NCBI RefSeq assembly: GCF_046119375.1
Contig: NW_027362761.1
Span: 128,526,001-128,590,000, forward strand
Length of the DNA stretch: 64,000 bases
Origin: Phyllobates terribilis
Taxonomy: Eukaryota
Direction of reading: 5' to 3'
How positions within the stretch are numbered: the first letter of the stretch is position 1; every line of letters begins with the position of its first letter. Shown here piece by piece: positions 1 through 12,629 of this stretch. The translations under genes and the position numbers were made by a program. Under the pieces are notes generated by a model. It had not been told where the DNA came from, made no database searches, and worked only from the letters and a program-made list of their open reading frames with translations.

Positions 1-775
1 ACATTTGGGGTAGATCCGATGTTTTGATCGCCCGTTATTGCATTTTATTGCAATTTTGCGGCGACCAAAAAACGTAATTCTGGCGTTTAGAATTTTTTTC
101 TCGTTACGCCGTTTACCGATCGGATTAATTCTTTTTTATATTGATAGATCGGGCGATTCTGAACGCGGTGATACCAAATATGTGTATGTGGGGTTTTTTT
201 TTTTTAGATTTTATTTTGAATGGGCCGAAAGGGGGGTGATTTAAACTTTTATTTTTTTTATATTTTTAAAAACTTTTTTTTTTTTACTCTTTGCTTGCTT
301 CAATAGTCTCCATAGGAGACTAGAAGCAGCAACTATCCGATCGCCTCTGCTACATACAGGGGACGAGCAGATCCCCTGCATGCAGCAGAAATGGTCCTGT
401 GCTATGAGCGCCGACCACTAGGTGGCGCTCATAGCGACAAGATCATGACAACCACAGGCGTCTGCTGCAGACCCTGGGTTGTCATGCCCACCCATCGGCG
501 ACCCGCGATCACGTGACGGGGGTCGCCGGTGGGCGGGGCTTATGACGCGCTGCCCGGAAGCGCGCGTTAAATGCTGCTATCGGAGATTGACAGCGGCATT
601 TAACATGTTAACAGCCGCGGGTGGATCGCGATTCCACCCGCGGCTGTTGCGGGCACATGTCAGCTGTAAGAATCAGCTGACATGTGCTCCGTTCAGTGAG
701 GGCTCAGCGCAGCAGCCCTCACTGAACGGGCAGTACGCAAATATGCGTACTAATACATCCCCGGTAATTAAGGGG
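1..775. mobile_element. Terminal portion of a TTAA-flanked piggyBac-like non-autonomous DNA element (cut by window edge)
   Basis: Ends ...AAGGGG followed by TTAA (776-779). Closely similar to 48288-49049 in the same orientation. Confidence 0.7.
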
Positions 776-1019
776 TTAAACTCCTACTCTTGTATAATCC
801 TGATGGAGGGCTGGGCAATTTTGCCAAAAAATATAATCTGCATGTCATGGAGAAAAGTAAAATGCTTACAGAGATGAGAGATCAGAGCTTGCACTCTATG
901 CAGCTGACCCCCTCCTTTGGAATTAGGTAATCATGGATACTCCCAAAGGCTAAACAGATGTGAGGCCCTGCTTCAGGAATATGGACAGAGCTGAGTAATG
1001 AGTGGAGGACAGAGGAGCC

Positions 1020-1268
1020 TCTTAAATAAGAAGTTACAGGTCTGTGAGAGCCAGAAATCTTGCTTGTTTGTAATTGACCAAATACTTATTTTCCATCAAA
1101 ATTTGAAAAAAAAATCTCTCCAAATCCTGTGATTTTCAGGATTTGTTTTCTCATTTTGTCTCTCATAGTTGAGGTCTACCTATGATGTCAATTACAGGCC
1201 TCTCTCATCTTTTTAAGTGGCAGAACTTGCACAATTGGTGGCTGACTAAATACTTTTTTTCCCCACTG
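1020..1268. mobile_element. Tc1/mariner terminal fragment
   Basis: Ends ...GACTAAATACTTTTTTTCCCCACTG followed by TA, a typical Tc1 CAGTG terminus. Inner boundary approximate. Confidence 0.6.
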
Positions 1269-2643
1269 TACATATATTCCATGTATTGGAATTCGGAGGT
1301 GTATACACCATAAGCTCACGGTTAGTTTTCCAATAACTAACCTGTTAATGCAAACAGCCTGTGGACTGCCCTAATGACTCGGAGTAATTGCATTAAACAC
1401 AAGGAGAAACATTTTTAAAGGGATTGTCCACTACTGGACAACACCAGCCTAATTAATTTAGGACCCCATATAAAGTAAAAACTGTGTATGCTCACCTGCT
1501 ATGGTAGTGCCATTTCAGTGATAACAGTGCTGCAGTTCCCAGAGAGTGACATTACATTGCTATGTCATGTGCCTGCTGCAGGAAATGAGCGGCCGCTGTT
1601 TGGCTGCAGCTGATCAATAGTCCGTCAAAGCAGATGTCCGCTCTGACAAAATGGTCAAGGCTGCAGCGAGCACGTGACATAACAATGTCATGTCACTCTC
1701 CAAGAACAGCGGTGCTTACATCACTGAAATGGCGCAACTGTGGAAGTTTGGTATAGACTGATTTTAGAAATTAATTAAGCTGTGGTTGATAAGTAGTGAA
1801 CAACACCTTCAAAGGGAACCTGGCCCACTTAAACTTTGTTTCTACATTCTAACAAGTTCCTTTTTGTGGCTTAGTGATTGGTAAATAACTATAAAAGTAA
1901 CTTTAAAACTGTCCTCACACTATGTAATTTAGTGGGTGATTAGTCTGGCGGTGGTGGGGTTGATTTCCTCGGACTAAACGTCCCTCTCATCATGTAAACA
2001 TGCCCCTGTGGGTGTAAGTGACATGATTTGCAAGAATGTCGTCACCAACGTTTACTTTCAAATATCGCGTGGCATACTGCCTCCCTGGAAATGTGCAGCG
2101 AAGTCGGGGGTGGGGGTCACTGCACGCTAAGCTTGAGGGGGGGTCACTGCGCGCTCCCAGGGAACAGAATGTCACACAAGATTTGCAAAGAGCTGGCAAA
2201 GACATTGGTCGACACAGGTGTGCGAGACGAGAACAAGCCCTTCATATTTTGAGGGGATTAGGGCATTTAAGAAGGGGTTGTCCAAGTAATGGATAACTCC
2301 TTAAACAAAATGACTTAAGGTGATCTGTCATCAGTAGAGTTTTTGTTCTTATTTTAGTCCTGCTACTTTCAAGTATTCAACTTTTTTCTTGATTTTTTAA
2401 AGAAGTTGCCATATGGGCCTTTTTATTTAGTGCTAATTGTTAAGCTCTTTACCAAGAGGACGTTGCTCACAGGGTAATAATGTAGAGTAGACACACCTAT
2501 AGACACCCCCCAGAGAATCTTGTAAGCACTGTTGCCTTTGTAATGATCAGAACAATTTGTGATCTATACAAGAACAAGTAATCACAAAATGCAGTTTTTA
2601 AATGAAGGTCTTTGTTATTATGGGAACAATAAATCCAAACCTA

Positions 2644-3263
2644 CAGGGCCCTGTGTCAAAAAGTGATTGCCCCTAAACCTAATAACTGGTGGGGCCACCC
2701 TTAGCAGCAACACCTGCAATCAAGCATTTGCGATAACTGGCAATGAGTCTTTTACAACACTCTGGAGGAATTTTGGCCCACTCTTCTTTGCAAAATTGTT
2801 GTAATTCAGAAGCATTGGAGGGTTTCCAAACATTAACCGCCTTTTTAAGGTCACAGCACAGCATCTCAATCGGACTAAGGTCAGGACTTTGATGAGGCTA
2901 CTCCAAAGTCTTAATTTTGTTTTTCTTAAGCCATTCAGAGGTGGACTTGCTGGTGTGTTTTGGATCATTGTCCTGCTGCATAACCCAAGTGCGCTTTAGT
3001 TAATGTCATGAACAGATGGCCGGACCTTCTCCTTCAGGATTTTTTGTAGACAGCAGAATTCATGGTTTCCTTTACCACTGCAAGTCTTCCAAGTCCTGAA
3101 GCAGCAAAACAGCCCCAGACCATCACACTACCACCACCATATTTTACTGTTGGTATGATGCTCCTTTAATGAAATGCTGTGTTACTTCTACGCCAGATGT
3201 AATGGGACATTCTCCTTCCAAAAAGTTTAAATTTTGTCTCGTCAGTCCACAGAGTATTGTCCC
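2644..3263 (-). mobile_element. Degenerate Tc1 transposase fragment (C-terminal half)
   Basis: ORF 2679-2864 encodes ELQQFCKEEWAKIPPECCKRLIASYRK...AKGGPTSY*, the characteristic Tc1 C-terminus. Frameshifted upstream. Confidence 0.8.
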
Positions 3264-3987
3264 AAAAGTCTTGACTGTGAGCGGGAAGAGGCGCGCATAG
3301 AGTGCGCGCTCACAAACTGTCATGTGGCCACTGACGCTCAGCGGCATAGTATATGAAGCTGGGATGTACACCCAGATTGAGTGCGCATGCTCGGAAAGCT
3401 GAGCATCATTGCGCAAGCGCGAGATCTCCTGGGATATTACGGTGACGTAGGGAGCAGTGATTGGAAGGAATGCTAATACAATGGGCAGAGAGAATTTCAA
3501 AACTCAGTTGATTTACCGTGACTGAAAAGTTAGAGCTGCCCACCCCTATAACTGAATCCGGAGGTATGTGTGGCGCTCAAAGTGTAAAAAGTGATTTGTG
3601 TGCTAAATACTGGGATATTTTGCTTGAGACAAACATGTTAGTGATGCATTGTGCATCATTAACAAGACACTGGGGGCAGTTTAATAGCCATAAAGGACGT
3701 GATGGGTTCCCTTTAATTTAAAAACTGCATTTTGTGGTTACTTGTGTTATCTTTGTCTAATATTTACATTTGTTTTGTGATCTGAAACATTTATGTGTGA
3801 CTAACATGCAAAAGAATAAGAAATCAGGAAGGGGGCAAACACTTCTTCACACCACTCTATAATAGACTTGAGTTTCATGGGATGTCCGTCATTTTGATGG
3901 GAAAAAAATGACCGTGACATTATGCGGATGTGAACAGCCTCACATATTGTTATAGATACTCTCAAAATACGTCCAGAAACTACTTAC

Positions 3988-4066
3988 TGACTGGAGAGTC
4001 CCGCTTTGGATTTTGCTATAGGTCCTTCATTTTCTTCTTCTGTGTTAGAATCTACCCCATGATCTC
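3988..4066 (-). CDS. CAAP1: CAAP1 coding exon 4 (79 nt; GDHGVDSNTEEENEGPIAKSKAGLSSQ)
   Basis: Pyrimidine tract then CAG acceptor, GTAAGT donor. Phase 1 start matches exon 3. Peptide resembles recalled human GDNGMDSDMEEEADDG. Confidence 0.8.
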
Positions 4067-4608
4067 CTGGCCAAAGTAGTGGAAGAAATGAGAGATTGGG
4101 AGAATTTATTTCACGCCTGATCGTTAATCGTTACGTAACTATTGCTGCCGGCCATCGAATTTGTGCTCGGAGCTATGAAAATGGCATATACTATAAACCA
4201 ATGTTTCTCAACGTCCAGAAGTGCCTGCCCCCCAAAGGCCACGATAATACACAGTGCTCAGAAAGACTGACAATACTACACTAATACATTATTATATACA
4301 TTTCTTAGACCACATGAGACAAGTGTACTAGCAAAAAAAATCCAAGTGTGAATTGGTATTGAAAAAAAAGAATTCAGAGTTCAGCTAATGTGTGAGAGAG
4401 CTCCTGAGCCCAATCTTTCACCATTCAATAGAGAAGTGGACACTGAGGAGCTGTTAATCAGGCTAAGTGGCTGGATACTAGTTTTCACTACGGACTATAC
4501 AGCCATTTTCACATGAATCTTCAAAGTATATACATCAGCCTCAACAGGTCTAAAGTTTATTAATGCATGCAGTGTGTGTTGTGAAATCTGGTGACCGATA
4601 CTCTTTAA

Positions 4609-5007
4609 AGGGCATTGCTCAGCAGGTTTTTTGCTATGTAATCTGACAGCAGCATGGGGTAGGGGGAAGAAACCCTGATTCCAGCGATGTATCACTTAGT
4701 TTACTGTGTGCAGCAGTTGTGATACAGTCACAGTTTTCCCTGCTGCAGATACAGCAGAGCTCAGTTGTTGATCCCTGTATAACCCCTCCATGTACTGTAC
4801 ATTGTATAGTGACAGAGAGCTGCTAATCAGTGCTGGGGGTGGGGCTGGACTAGGATTTACTAGACCAGTTGTCCTATGGTGATAAAACACTGATTGTATT
4901 AAAGGAAATCACAGTCCAGTAAGTGATACATAGCTGTAATTAGAGTCTTTGCTCCTACATTATGGTGCTTTCAGATTACATAGCAAAAACCTGCTGACAG
5001 ATTCCCT
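4609..5007. mobile_element. T2-type (Kolobok-related) MITE
   Basis: TTAA on both sides (4605-4608, 5008-5011). AGGG.../...ATTCCCT termini with inverted arms. Confidence 0.6.
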
Positions 5008-5767
5008 TTAAAAAGGTGCACCTTCTTAAATCTGCTCCATTTAGACTTGCAATTGATTTTCTTAAAGCCTGCTATGGACAACCAGACCTTTGAACCAGTA
5101 ATATGTGCCTTATTTTTAAAGTTTCCTCTTATAGGGTACAAGACCGCTCAGTTAACCTTGATTTTAATGGGATTGAGATACCAGGCCTGTAATATCAGGC
5201 ACATCCACTACTAATAATACACAGTTATGCCTAATAAACAATGAAGGTGAAGTAATAATTACTGAAGCACCTCAGCCCCTTCAGTCGGAGGAGTGCTAAA
5301 ATTTGGACCTCCATTAATCAATTAATTATAATTGATGGCTTATAGAAAGAATAGCTCATCAGTTTTGTAGTCCTGAATAACACCAGAGTTGCTGGTAAAA
5401 CTTTTAGAGAGGGACAATAGTTTATCATTTATGAAACAACTTGGCATTTGGGGCCTCTTTAAATGAAAGTTTCTACATATTTCAGGTGTAATTTCTGGGA
5501 CTCGGATGCTGCTTTGATCAGGCGGTGGGTTTCTTATAGTCATTGTTCCCTTGGGGTTTGGTGAGCTATTTTCAGGGTGCACATGTAATTGGTGCCTTAT
5601 GCCCTTAGGGATCCTAACCCTCATTTAGCGGAGAAGACAAGGAACAATTAAGCAGCATGTACTGATTTTAACGAGAAGGAGCAGTCTCAAAAGTAGGCAG
5701 CGGGCATCATGGGAAATGGCTATATAAACTAGCAGTACAAAAACAATACATAATGTGCTTGCCTTAC

Positions 5768-5852
5768 CCTGAAGGATCCTTAACAAACTGTCATCAGTTT
5801 CCATTTCCACCTGCTCACGACAAAGTTGTTTGATCTCATCCAGAGATAAGTC
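5768..5852 (-). CDS. CAAP1: CAAP1 coding exon 3 (85 nt; DLSLDEIKQLCREQVEMETDDSLLRILQG)
   Basis: TAG acceptor, GTAAGG donor. Phase 0 start matches exon 2. Similar to recalled human NCSIEEIKKLCQEQLELLSEKKILKILEG. Confidence 0.88.
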
Positions 5853-6862
5853 CTATAATATAAATTACAAAGGAAATACATTTTGCAAATGTAAAATATA
5901 CCGGCAGCACAAAGTCTAATAATTTATTGTATGACACATTTTAAAGTAAGTGTTCTTTAACACACACATTATCTAATATATATAGATGATATGCCTTATA
6001 GTGTCTTGTGTCTGTTTGTAACCTAAATACTGCCACCAAGTGGCTTAATGGCCACATGACATGCATTTACATACGGTGGCCAATAGAGGGGGATGCACAT
6101 GCTGCAGATTTGTCACGTTTCTTTCTGTGTAGATCGGTCATAAAACCTGAAGGGTTTCCTGACGCCAGCAAAATGAATGAGAATCCTGTAGTCTCATGCA
6201 CACATTGCTTATTTTTGACTTGCAGATTTCACCCATACTAATGCGTGTAAAATAAACGCATGTATTTTACGCTGCGTTTTTCCTGCAAAAATTTGCAGAA
6301 ATGGTGCAAAAATCTCTGCACCAAATTCTTAACATGTGCACATACCCTAAGGCTACGCGCCCAGGAGCAGGAATAGCAGAGTTTAGGACGCAGTGTATAT
6401 TCGCTGTGTCCAAAGTGCTGCGTTCTAATCACCCAGTTAAATTCGCATGTGTTCACTGAACCATGTGGATTTACTGCATTTAATGAATGGGTATGGGGGA
6501 AACTACGCAGTGGAGACTAGTGTCTCCACTACAGAAATTAACATGTTGTGGCTTGGATACCCACACCGCGGGTGAGTTTACACAGCATTAAATAGAAGCG
6601 CAGTGGGAATGGGATTTCAATAAATCCCATCCACTGTGCTTGTAATGTAGAACGCAGCGAAAATACGCTGAGTCCAAAACGCTATTATTTCTGATCGTAC
6701 GCACGTAGCCCAATTGTCTATACTGTACATGAATATGTAATAAAAGAGGGTGTGCACTACTTCTAGTTGTTTAAAAAATGGGCCTAAACTGGTCTTAACA
6801 GAACAAAAAACACAAAGCGGAAGCCGACTGGTTACAACGCAAACCTAACGCTTCCTGCCGGA

Positions 6863-7193
6863 CAGGGCTGTGGAGTCGGAATTGTGGAGTCGGAGCCCAT
6901 TTTGGTGGAGTCGGTATAAAATGTACCGACTCAAGCTCCTAAAATCTATAATAAATTGGGTACAGTAGTTCAATGCAGTTTGTGGGGAATATTTTTTCAT
7001 AAGAATTTGGGAAAGTTATGAAATGCTCTATAAATGTCCTATTCCTGATCTAAAGGTCTAGACTTTTAGCCGAGATGAATCTGTACTACAGTAAATTTAT
7101 CACTTAAACATGAGCCATGTATGAGGGAGTCGTGGAGTCGGTGTCATGGAAACTGAGGAGTCGGAGGTATGGCTTACCGACTCCACAGCCCTG
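6863..7193. mobile_element. hAT-type MITE
   Basis: TIRs CAGGGCTGTGGAGTCGG / CCGACTCCACAGCCCTG. Perfect 8-bp TSD CTGCCGGA (6855-6862, 7194-7201). Confidence 0.9.
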
Positions 7194-7637
7194 CTGCCGG
7201 ATACTAAATGCCAGAGATTGTTCCAAACGCCCTTTATACAGGGCAATTGTTGCCCACATGTCAGGTCTCCATCACTGCCTGCATAAACATGGCAAGCGAT
7301 CGAAAGAATGTTATGCAGACATAAAAATGATCAGTGGACTGCAGCGCAAGGCCTCATGTAAACAGGGGGTGTGCTGCTGACAATCATGCAGACTGCATGG
7401 GAATGTATGATGGCACAGACCCCTCATGATCATTCCATGAAAATGGAAACAAATGCATATTAGCCAGTTATATTGTAATTGCCAGTTGTTAGAGTCATTT
7501 TATCTGCCCGCTTAGGGATTCACCTATTCCTTTAAACATCTATATACTTATAATATTCCTGTTTTTCATTAGAATTATACTATGAGACAGTTTATTAGAA
7601 AAAAAAAACATTAAAAAGTGGTTGATCCCTACTTTTA

Positions 7638-7829
7638 GGCCACGGCCCCACTATCAGTATTCGGTCAGTATTTTTTCTCAGGAGTGGGAGCCAAAACCAG
7701 GTGAGGAACAATCAGAGAAAAGGTATAATAGAAACTAGTCACCAATTCTGCATTTATCACCCACTCCTGGCTGTGGCTCCCACTCCTGAGAAAAAATACT
7801 GACCAAATACTGATAGTGGGGCCGTGGCC
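7638..7829. mobile_element. PIF/Harbinger-type fold-back MITE
   Basis: GGCCACGGCCCCACTATCAGTATT / AATACTGATAGTGGGGCCGTGGCC inverted arms, TTA on the left. Same family as 10958-11140 and 25208-25401. Confidence 0.75.
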
Positions 7830-9350
7830 TTTCACTGATGAACTATCCTTAGGGTAGGTCATCAATATCAGATTGGTGTGAGTGCCAGGTGTCGCAACTC
7901 CACCAATCAGTTTTTCCTGTTGCCAGTGGTGGTCGGATGTGATCGGTTGCGGAGCGCATCAGTACAGCTCCATCAACTGAATAGGTGCAACAGCCAGGTA
8001 CTGCACATTGGCCCCTATTGGATCTGAATGAGAGTGGATATGCAGCACCCTGCTGTGGCCACTATAGTTGATTGAGTTGGGCTGATCCACTCCAAAAATG
8101 ATCACATCCGGACACTTTTGGCAGCAAAAACAGCTTATTGGTGGTGATCTTGTATTTATTACCCCCACCAATCAGATATTGATGACATGCAAGCCATCCA
8201 AATATCCAAGGCACCGGGTCAAAAAGTTTTATAGACGCCAGTGTACACGCAGGAAAAACAATAACAACGTTTTGGCCATGCAGGACCTTTATCAAAAAAG
8301 AGCACTTTTTTTTTGGCTTGATAAAGGCCCTGCGTGGCCAAAACATTATTGCTTTTTCTGTGTGTACACTGGCGTCAATAAAACTTTTTGATGATATTCA
8401 TGTCAATATAAAAGTAGTGGACAATGCATTTAAGTAAAATAACCAAAACTACACCGATAATGTAATTTTTTTTATAAGAGAACTATTAGACCTATTGTTG
8501 TCAAGGAGAACAGTTCCAATAATCCTGTATTTTAAGAAACAATTTACAATACGAAAAAAAAGAGAGACCAAAGACCTAGATTTGGCCTTAAAAAAGATTA
8601 TCCGAGACCAGCATCGATGTTTTACACTCCTCCCCCAAAAAATAAATAAAATAAAGTAAAAAGCATCCCACTCCCACAACGTGCTAAGGAAGATCAGACC
8701 TTTTTTTCAGAACAAACTGGATTGGTAATTAACACATCCCTTTCCTTTTGCATGCGGCTTGTAGACATTGCTGTCCTTCTATTGCAGGGCGTCTCTGTTG
8801 TATCAGCTTCATGCTAAGACTACCTTTCCCATCATGGTCAGACATATCAGAACATACCCCACTCTGAAGGAAGGTACAGTGAGGACCACACCTAAACTGG
8901 CTGGAAACATGGAGTACTTTAAAAGGAGCTGTGCAGCAAACTGTCGCCATGCTTTGCAATGTGCCGAACCTTAACAGCGTGTAATTTACGCACTGTTAGA
9001 GTTTGCTGGTTCGAACGGACATGACGTGACCGCAGTTATCCTATATGCACACTCGTGGTCATGTGCCACCTGACTTCTCATCCACTTGAGTGAAGATGGA
9101 AAGCTACTTGGAAAAGGACTGCAAGTCTGTATGACAGCTCAAACCGGCAAGCAGAGCTGAATCCTAACTGTGCATGGGGCTGGACAAGCCCTTTAATCCT
9201 GCTCTTGGCAAGTGAACCTCTCGGCAGACAACGGATTACGGGAGCCTATAATGTGCCAACACATTGAGTATCACATCCTGGGCATGTAGATGGTGGCACC
9301 CAGTCTGTAATAGGTTAAATGCATTATGTTCCCAGTAACGTACTTCTTAC

Positions 9351-9554
9351 CTTCAGCATATCTGGAAGCATCTTCTTCAGTTTCTTGTCCCCAAGTACTC
9401 GGAAGCAGTGCTCGAGCATCACCTTCCGGTCGGCGATGTAAAAGCTTATAGGCTTTAGTGGCACACTGAGATCCAGGCCTCCTTCTTCTATATCACTCAG
9501 CTCTTCAACATCTTCTTCCTTCGTTTCAGTGAACGGAGCAGACAATTCTGGATC
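9351..9554 (-). CDS. CAAP1: CAAP1 coding exon 2 (204 nt)
   Basis: CAG acceptor, GTAAGA donor. Encodes SDIEEGGLDLSVPLKPISFYIADRKVMLEHCFRVLGDKKLKKMLPDMLK, matching the conserved CAAP1 core. Confidence 0.93.
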
Positions 9555-10957
9555 CTGAGAACGATAAAAAACAATGGGCCGGTGTAATATGTGACTACCT
9601 TCATCTACAGAGACATGCAGTGCTGTAAGACGTCACAGAAGAAATCAAATTATTCAAAAATAATTGCATCCCCTCCTGTAAGTGACGGGTATATGTCTTA
9701 GCAGCTGAAACCCCCTTTGTCATCAGTTTTGTCGAATCTCCCACTGAAATGAATAGGAAACCATTTAATACATGGCTGCACTGGGTCGTCAGAAGTGGGA
9801 GTCAAGGTTTGCAGCGGCTGTAATAGGAGGCAGACACCTGTATGGGACAAGTCCATCAGCCATGCCATCATGCTTGACAGAAGGTATCTGGAAGGAAAAA
9901 GCCATCTGACCACCCTGAGCTTTAGAAGACCAGTACAGGTGACAACCTGAGCTGACCATGCTTTTATGTAAAATGCTATCATTGAACCTATAATGTAACA
10001 CTTTGATAAAAGAGGATGAAAAGCTTAAAATATAAAGACCCGAACATTAAGCAGGGAATATTCTATGGGTCTTTATTGATGAAATGCACGACAAGAAAAG
10101 AACTGATTTCTTTAAAGATTCGGTTGATGAAGAATGTGAGAATAGTGAGGACAAAAAAAAAAAATTAATTCTTCAATATATTAGGCTTAAAGGGGTTTTC
10201 TCAGGTCAACAGAACAGGTGATAATGATAAAGCATCTGATCACTGAGGGTCCGATTGGTCACTCACCAATCAAAAGAATGGGTGTTCTGTACCAACCACA
10301 TTTGAATCAGGCTTTTGTCATTCCAAACCTATGGGGCTGATGGGGACAGCCGAGCGCTGTACTTGGAAGTCCCAGACCAGAAAGGCTACTGTAAAGCTTT
10401 CCATTTGGTAGAACTGCTCTGTCACTGTGACATCAATGCAGCCTAATGTTGGTGATCCAGGGGACTTAGGCCACATCCTGAAGTCAGGTTCTCTCCTGAC
10501 AGCGGCCAAGGTGATCTACAGACAGCCGGGGTATGGTGGCATCAGCAGAGAAGAGTACGCTCTGGTCCTGTAGTGCTGGATGTCGGTGACTACCCACAGG
10601 CACCTAGAGAAACATGCTCTACTGTCAGGGGGCAGGAGATAACCCAAGCATGGGGTGATGACTGCTCCTCAGGATATTGCCGCACAACACAGAGGAGATA
10701 GCACTTTTCCCTCAGCTCCACTCCTGCTTACAGCTACGGATTCACCATACAGACCAATATACACAACTGTGAACGAGGGCTGACATACTTTACATCAGTA
10801 TCTCAGTCTGACGCCATTGTCAGTGCTCTGATGTATTTTCTATACATGTCTATTATCTGTCCTGATCACCATGACACCGTGCTCTAGGGACAAGTACACA
10901 CAGGGCTCGTCCATGGATCTCCCCGAAATGAATGCACTGTGGGCCGTTCTCTCCTTA

Positions 10958-11140
10958 GGCCACGTTCACACGTTCAGTATTTTCCATCAGTATCTGTAAG
11001 CCATAACCAGGCGTGGAACAATCAGAGGAGACCTATAATAGAAACACGTCACCACTTCTGTATTTATCACCCACTCCTGGTAATGGCTTACAAATACTGA
11101 TGTGAAATACTGACCAAATACTGATAGTGTGAACGTGGCC
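10958..11140. mobile_element. PIF/Harbinger-type fold-back MITE in CAAP1 intron 1
   Basis: GGCCACGTTCACAC / GTGTGAACGTGGCC TIRs, TTA left flank. Confidence 0.75.
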
Positions 11141-11204
11141 ATATGCCATCACTATGCACAATGCAGAGCCCATCAATGAAGCTAGGGGACATGGAGGGCA
11201 GCAC

Positions 11205-11318
11205 CTGCTGGCTGGACTCCGTGCTCCTCCTCTTCCTCTCCACCTGAGAGCCGGGCTCACAGGACGCTGACCTCCTCCTCTTCTTCTTCTCCTTGGAGCT
11301 CTTCTTTCCCCCGGTCAT
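11205..11318 (-). CDS. CAAP1: CAAP1 coding exon 1 (114 nt; MTGGKKSSKEKKKRRRSASCEPGSQVERKRRSTESSQQ)
   Basis: ATG in GCAGCCATGA context. N-terminus matches recalled MTGKKSSREKRRKRS...RRKRRSTDSS...QQ. Phase-0 donor CAG|GTGCTG is in frame with exon 2. Confidence 0.85.
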
Positions 11319-11728
11319 GGCTGCCAGTATAGTGACACCTCTGTACACGGTGTCTCTAGGGACACTACACAAGAAAACAACCAGCTCCCCACATGACCCA
11401 GTACAGTACTGTACAGTGCACTGCTTCCCACCAATCACAGCGCAGCAATCAGTCACATGTCCTCAGCGAGCTTCCGTACACAGTTTACCCGTAAGGACGT
11501 AAGTGATGCACGTCATGGAGAAGCCGGAGGAGCCATGTCAAGTGAGGGCACAGTATGATAGAAGACTATACAGAGCATTGCAGGAGGCGCATTGTAAGGG
11601 AATATTCGCGCTAGTTACAGTTCATGTGACTGAGGGAACACCGAAGCCGTGGAAACCAGCGGGACAGCGCCATTTCCGGTGTTCTGTAGTGGGTGAAGGC
11701 GGCAGAGGCTCGGTCACGTGACTCAAGC
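11319..11728. promoter_or_regulatory. Bidirectional promoter and 5'UTRs between CAAP1 and GEMIN7
   Basis: Divergent start codons 410 bp apart. YY1-like GCGCCATTT (11667-11675), ETS TTCCGG (11674-11679), ACTACA half-site on the minus strand (11685-11690), palindromic E-box GTCACGTGAC (11713-11722). Confidence 0.7.
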
Positions 11729-11743
11729 ATGGGTGAGACTAGA
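11729..11743 (+). CDS. GEMIN7: GEMIN7-like coding exon 1 (MGETR)
   Basis: Strong Kozak context AAGCATGG. Phase-0 donor AGA|GTGAGT joins in frame to 13632. It is the nearest compatible start I found, but this is inferred. Confidence 0.6.
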
Positions 11744-12590
11744 GTGAGTACTACTGGCTGCATGGAGACCAGGGTGATGGGATGTGGTGTGCGGCCGTAG
11801 TCCCCGCACTAGGGGTTAGAAATGGCCCATCTCTGCTTCCGTCCTGGGGCTGGCTGCAGGCGTGTTGTGATGTCTGGTGGCTTCATGTGCCTGGTTGTCA
11901 TTTATACATGGCGGTCTGTGGGAGGCTCCTTGGCAGATCCCATCATGGTGTGGAGATGACCAGGCAGCCGTGACCTCAGCCAGACGTGGCTGCTCATCAC
12001 GGATGAAGCACGTACCCATTCTAGTCTATGGGGATGGCCACATATCCATGTGCAAAAATCATGGAGCTATGACCTTTCTTGAGTGGAGTCAAAATCACCC
12101 ACACAAGTCTGAGTAGGTGAGGGTCCTGAAGCTCAGAGGGAATCCGTGTGTGATAACATTGCATTGAATAGAAGCTTCACTATTTCTCCATATGTGAAAG
12201 TCACTGATGGTAATAATAGATACACTGAGGAAAGTAGGATCCAAAACACTGACACTGGGCCGTATTTTATATATATAACAAATTCACAGACATCTGAATG
12301 AGGCCTTAAGGAAGAGTCAGACGAGGATCGCAAAGCAATGCTCAGCCTGGCGGGACAGCTGCATAGAAATGCATGCTGCCACACTGGGGTCCGGAGAGCA
12401 TTGCTTTGCGATCCTCACCCCAGCTATACGGACGTCTGAACTCATGAGGAAGTGCTTAATATCCGTGACCTAGCGGAGGGATCTGGCCGCTAACCTGTGG
12501 ACTGATACCACCAATCCGGTATTGTTCCATTTATCCCACACACAGGTATATACTGATATGGTTAGTTTGCTCTTTGATCTTCTGTTTTTT

Positions 12591-12596
<6 letters not shown>

Positions 12597-12624
<28 letters not shown>
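12597..12624. repeat. (TA)n microsatellite
   Basis: Direct read of sequence. Confidence 0.9.

Positions 12625-12629
<5 letters not shown>

Noticed and set aside
1342-1370. Possible CAAP1 exon 5 (phase-compatible AG...GT, 29 nt)
   Set aside because: Too short and no peptide similarity. The remaining CAAP1 exons probably lie beyond the window start.
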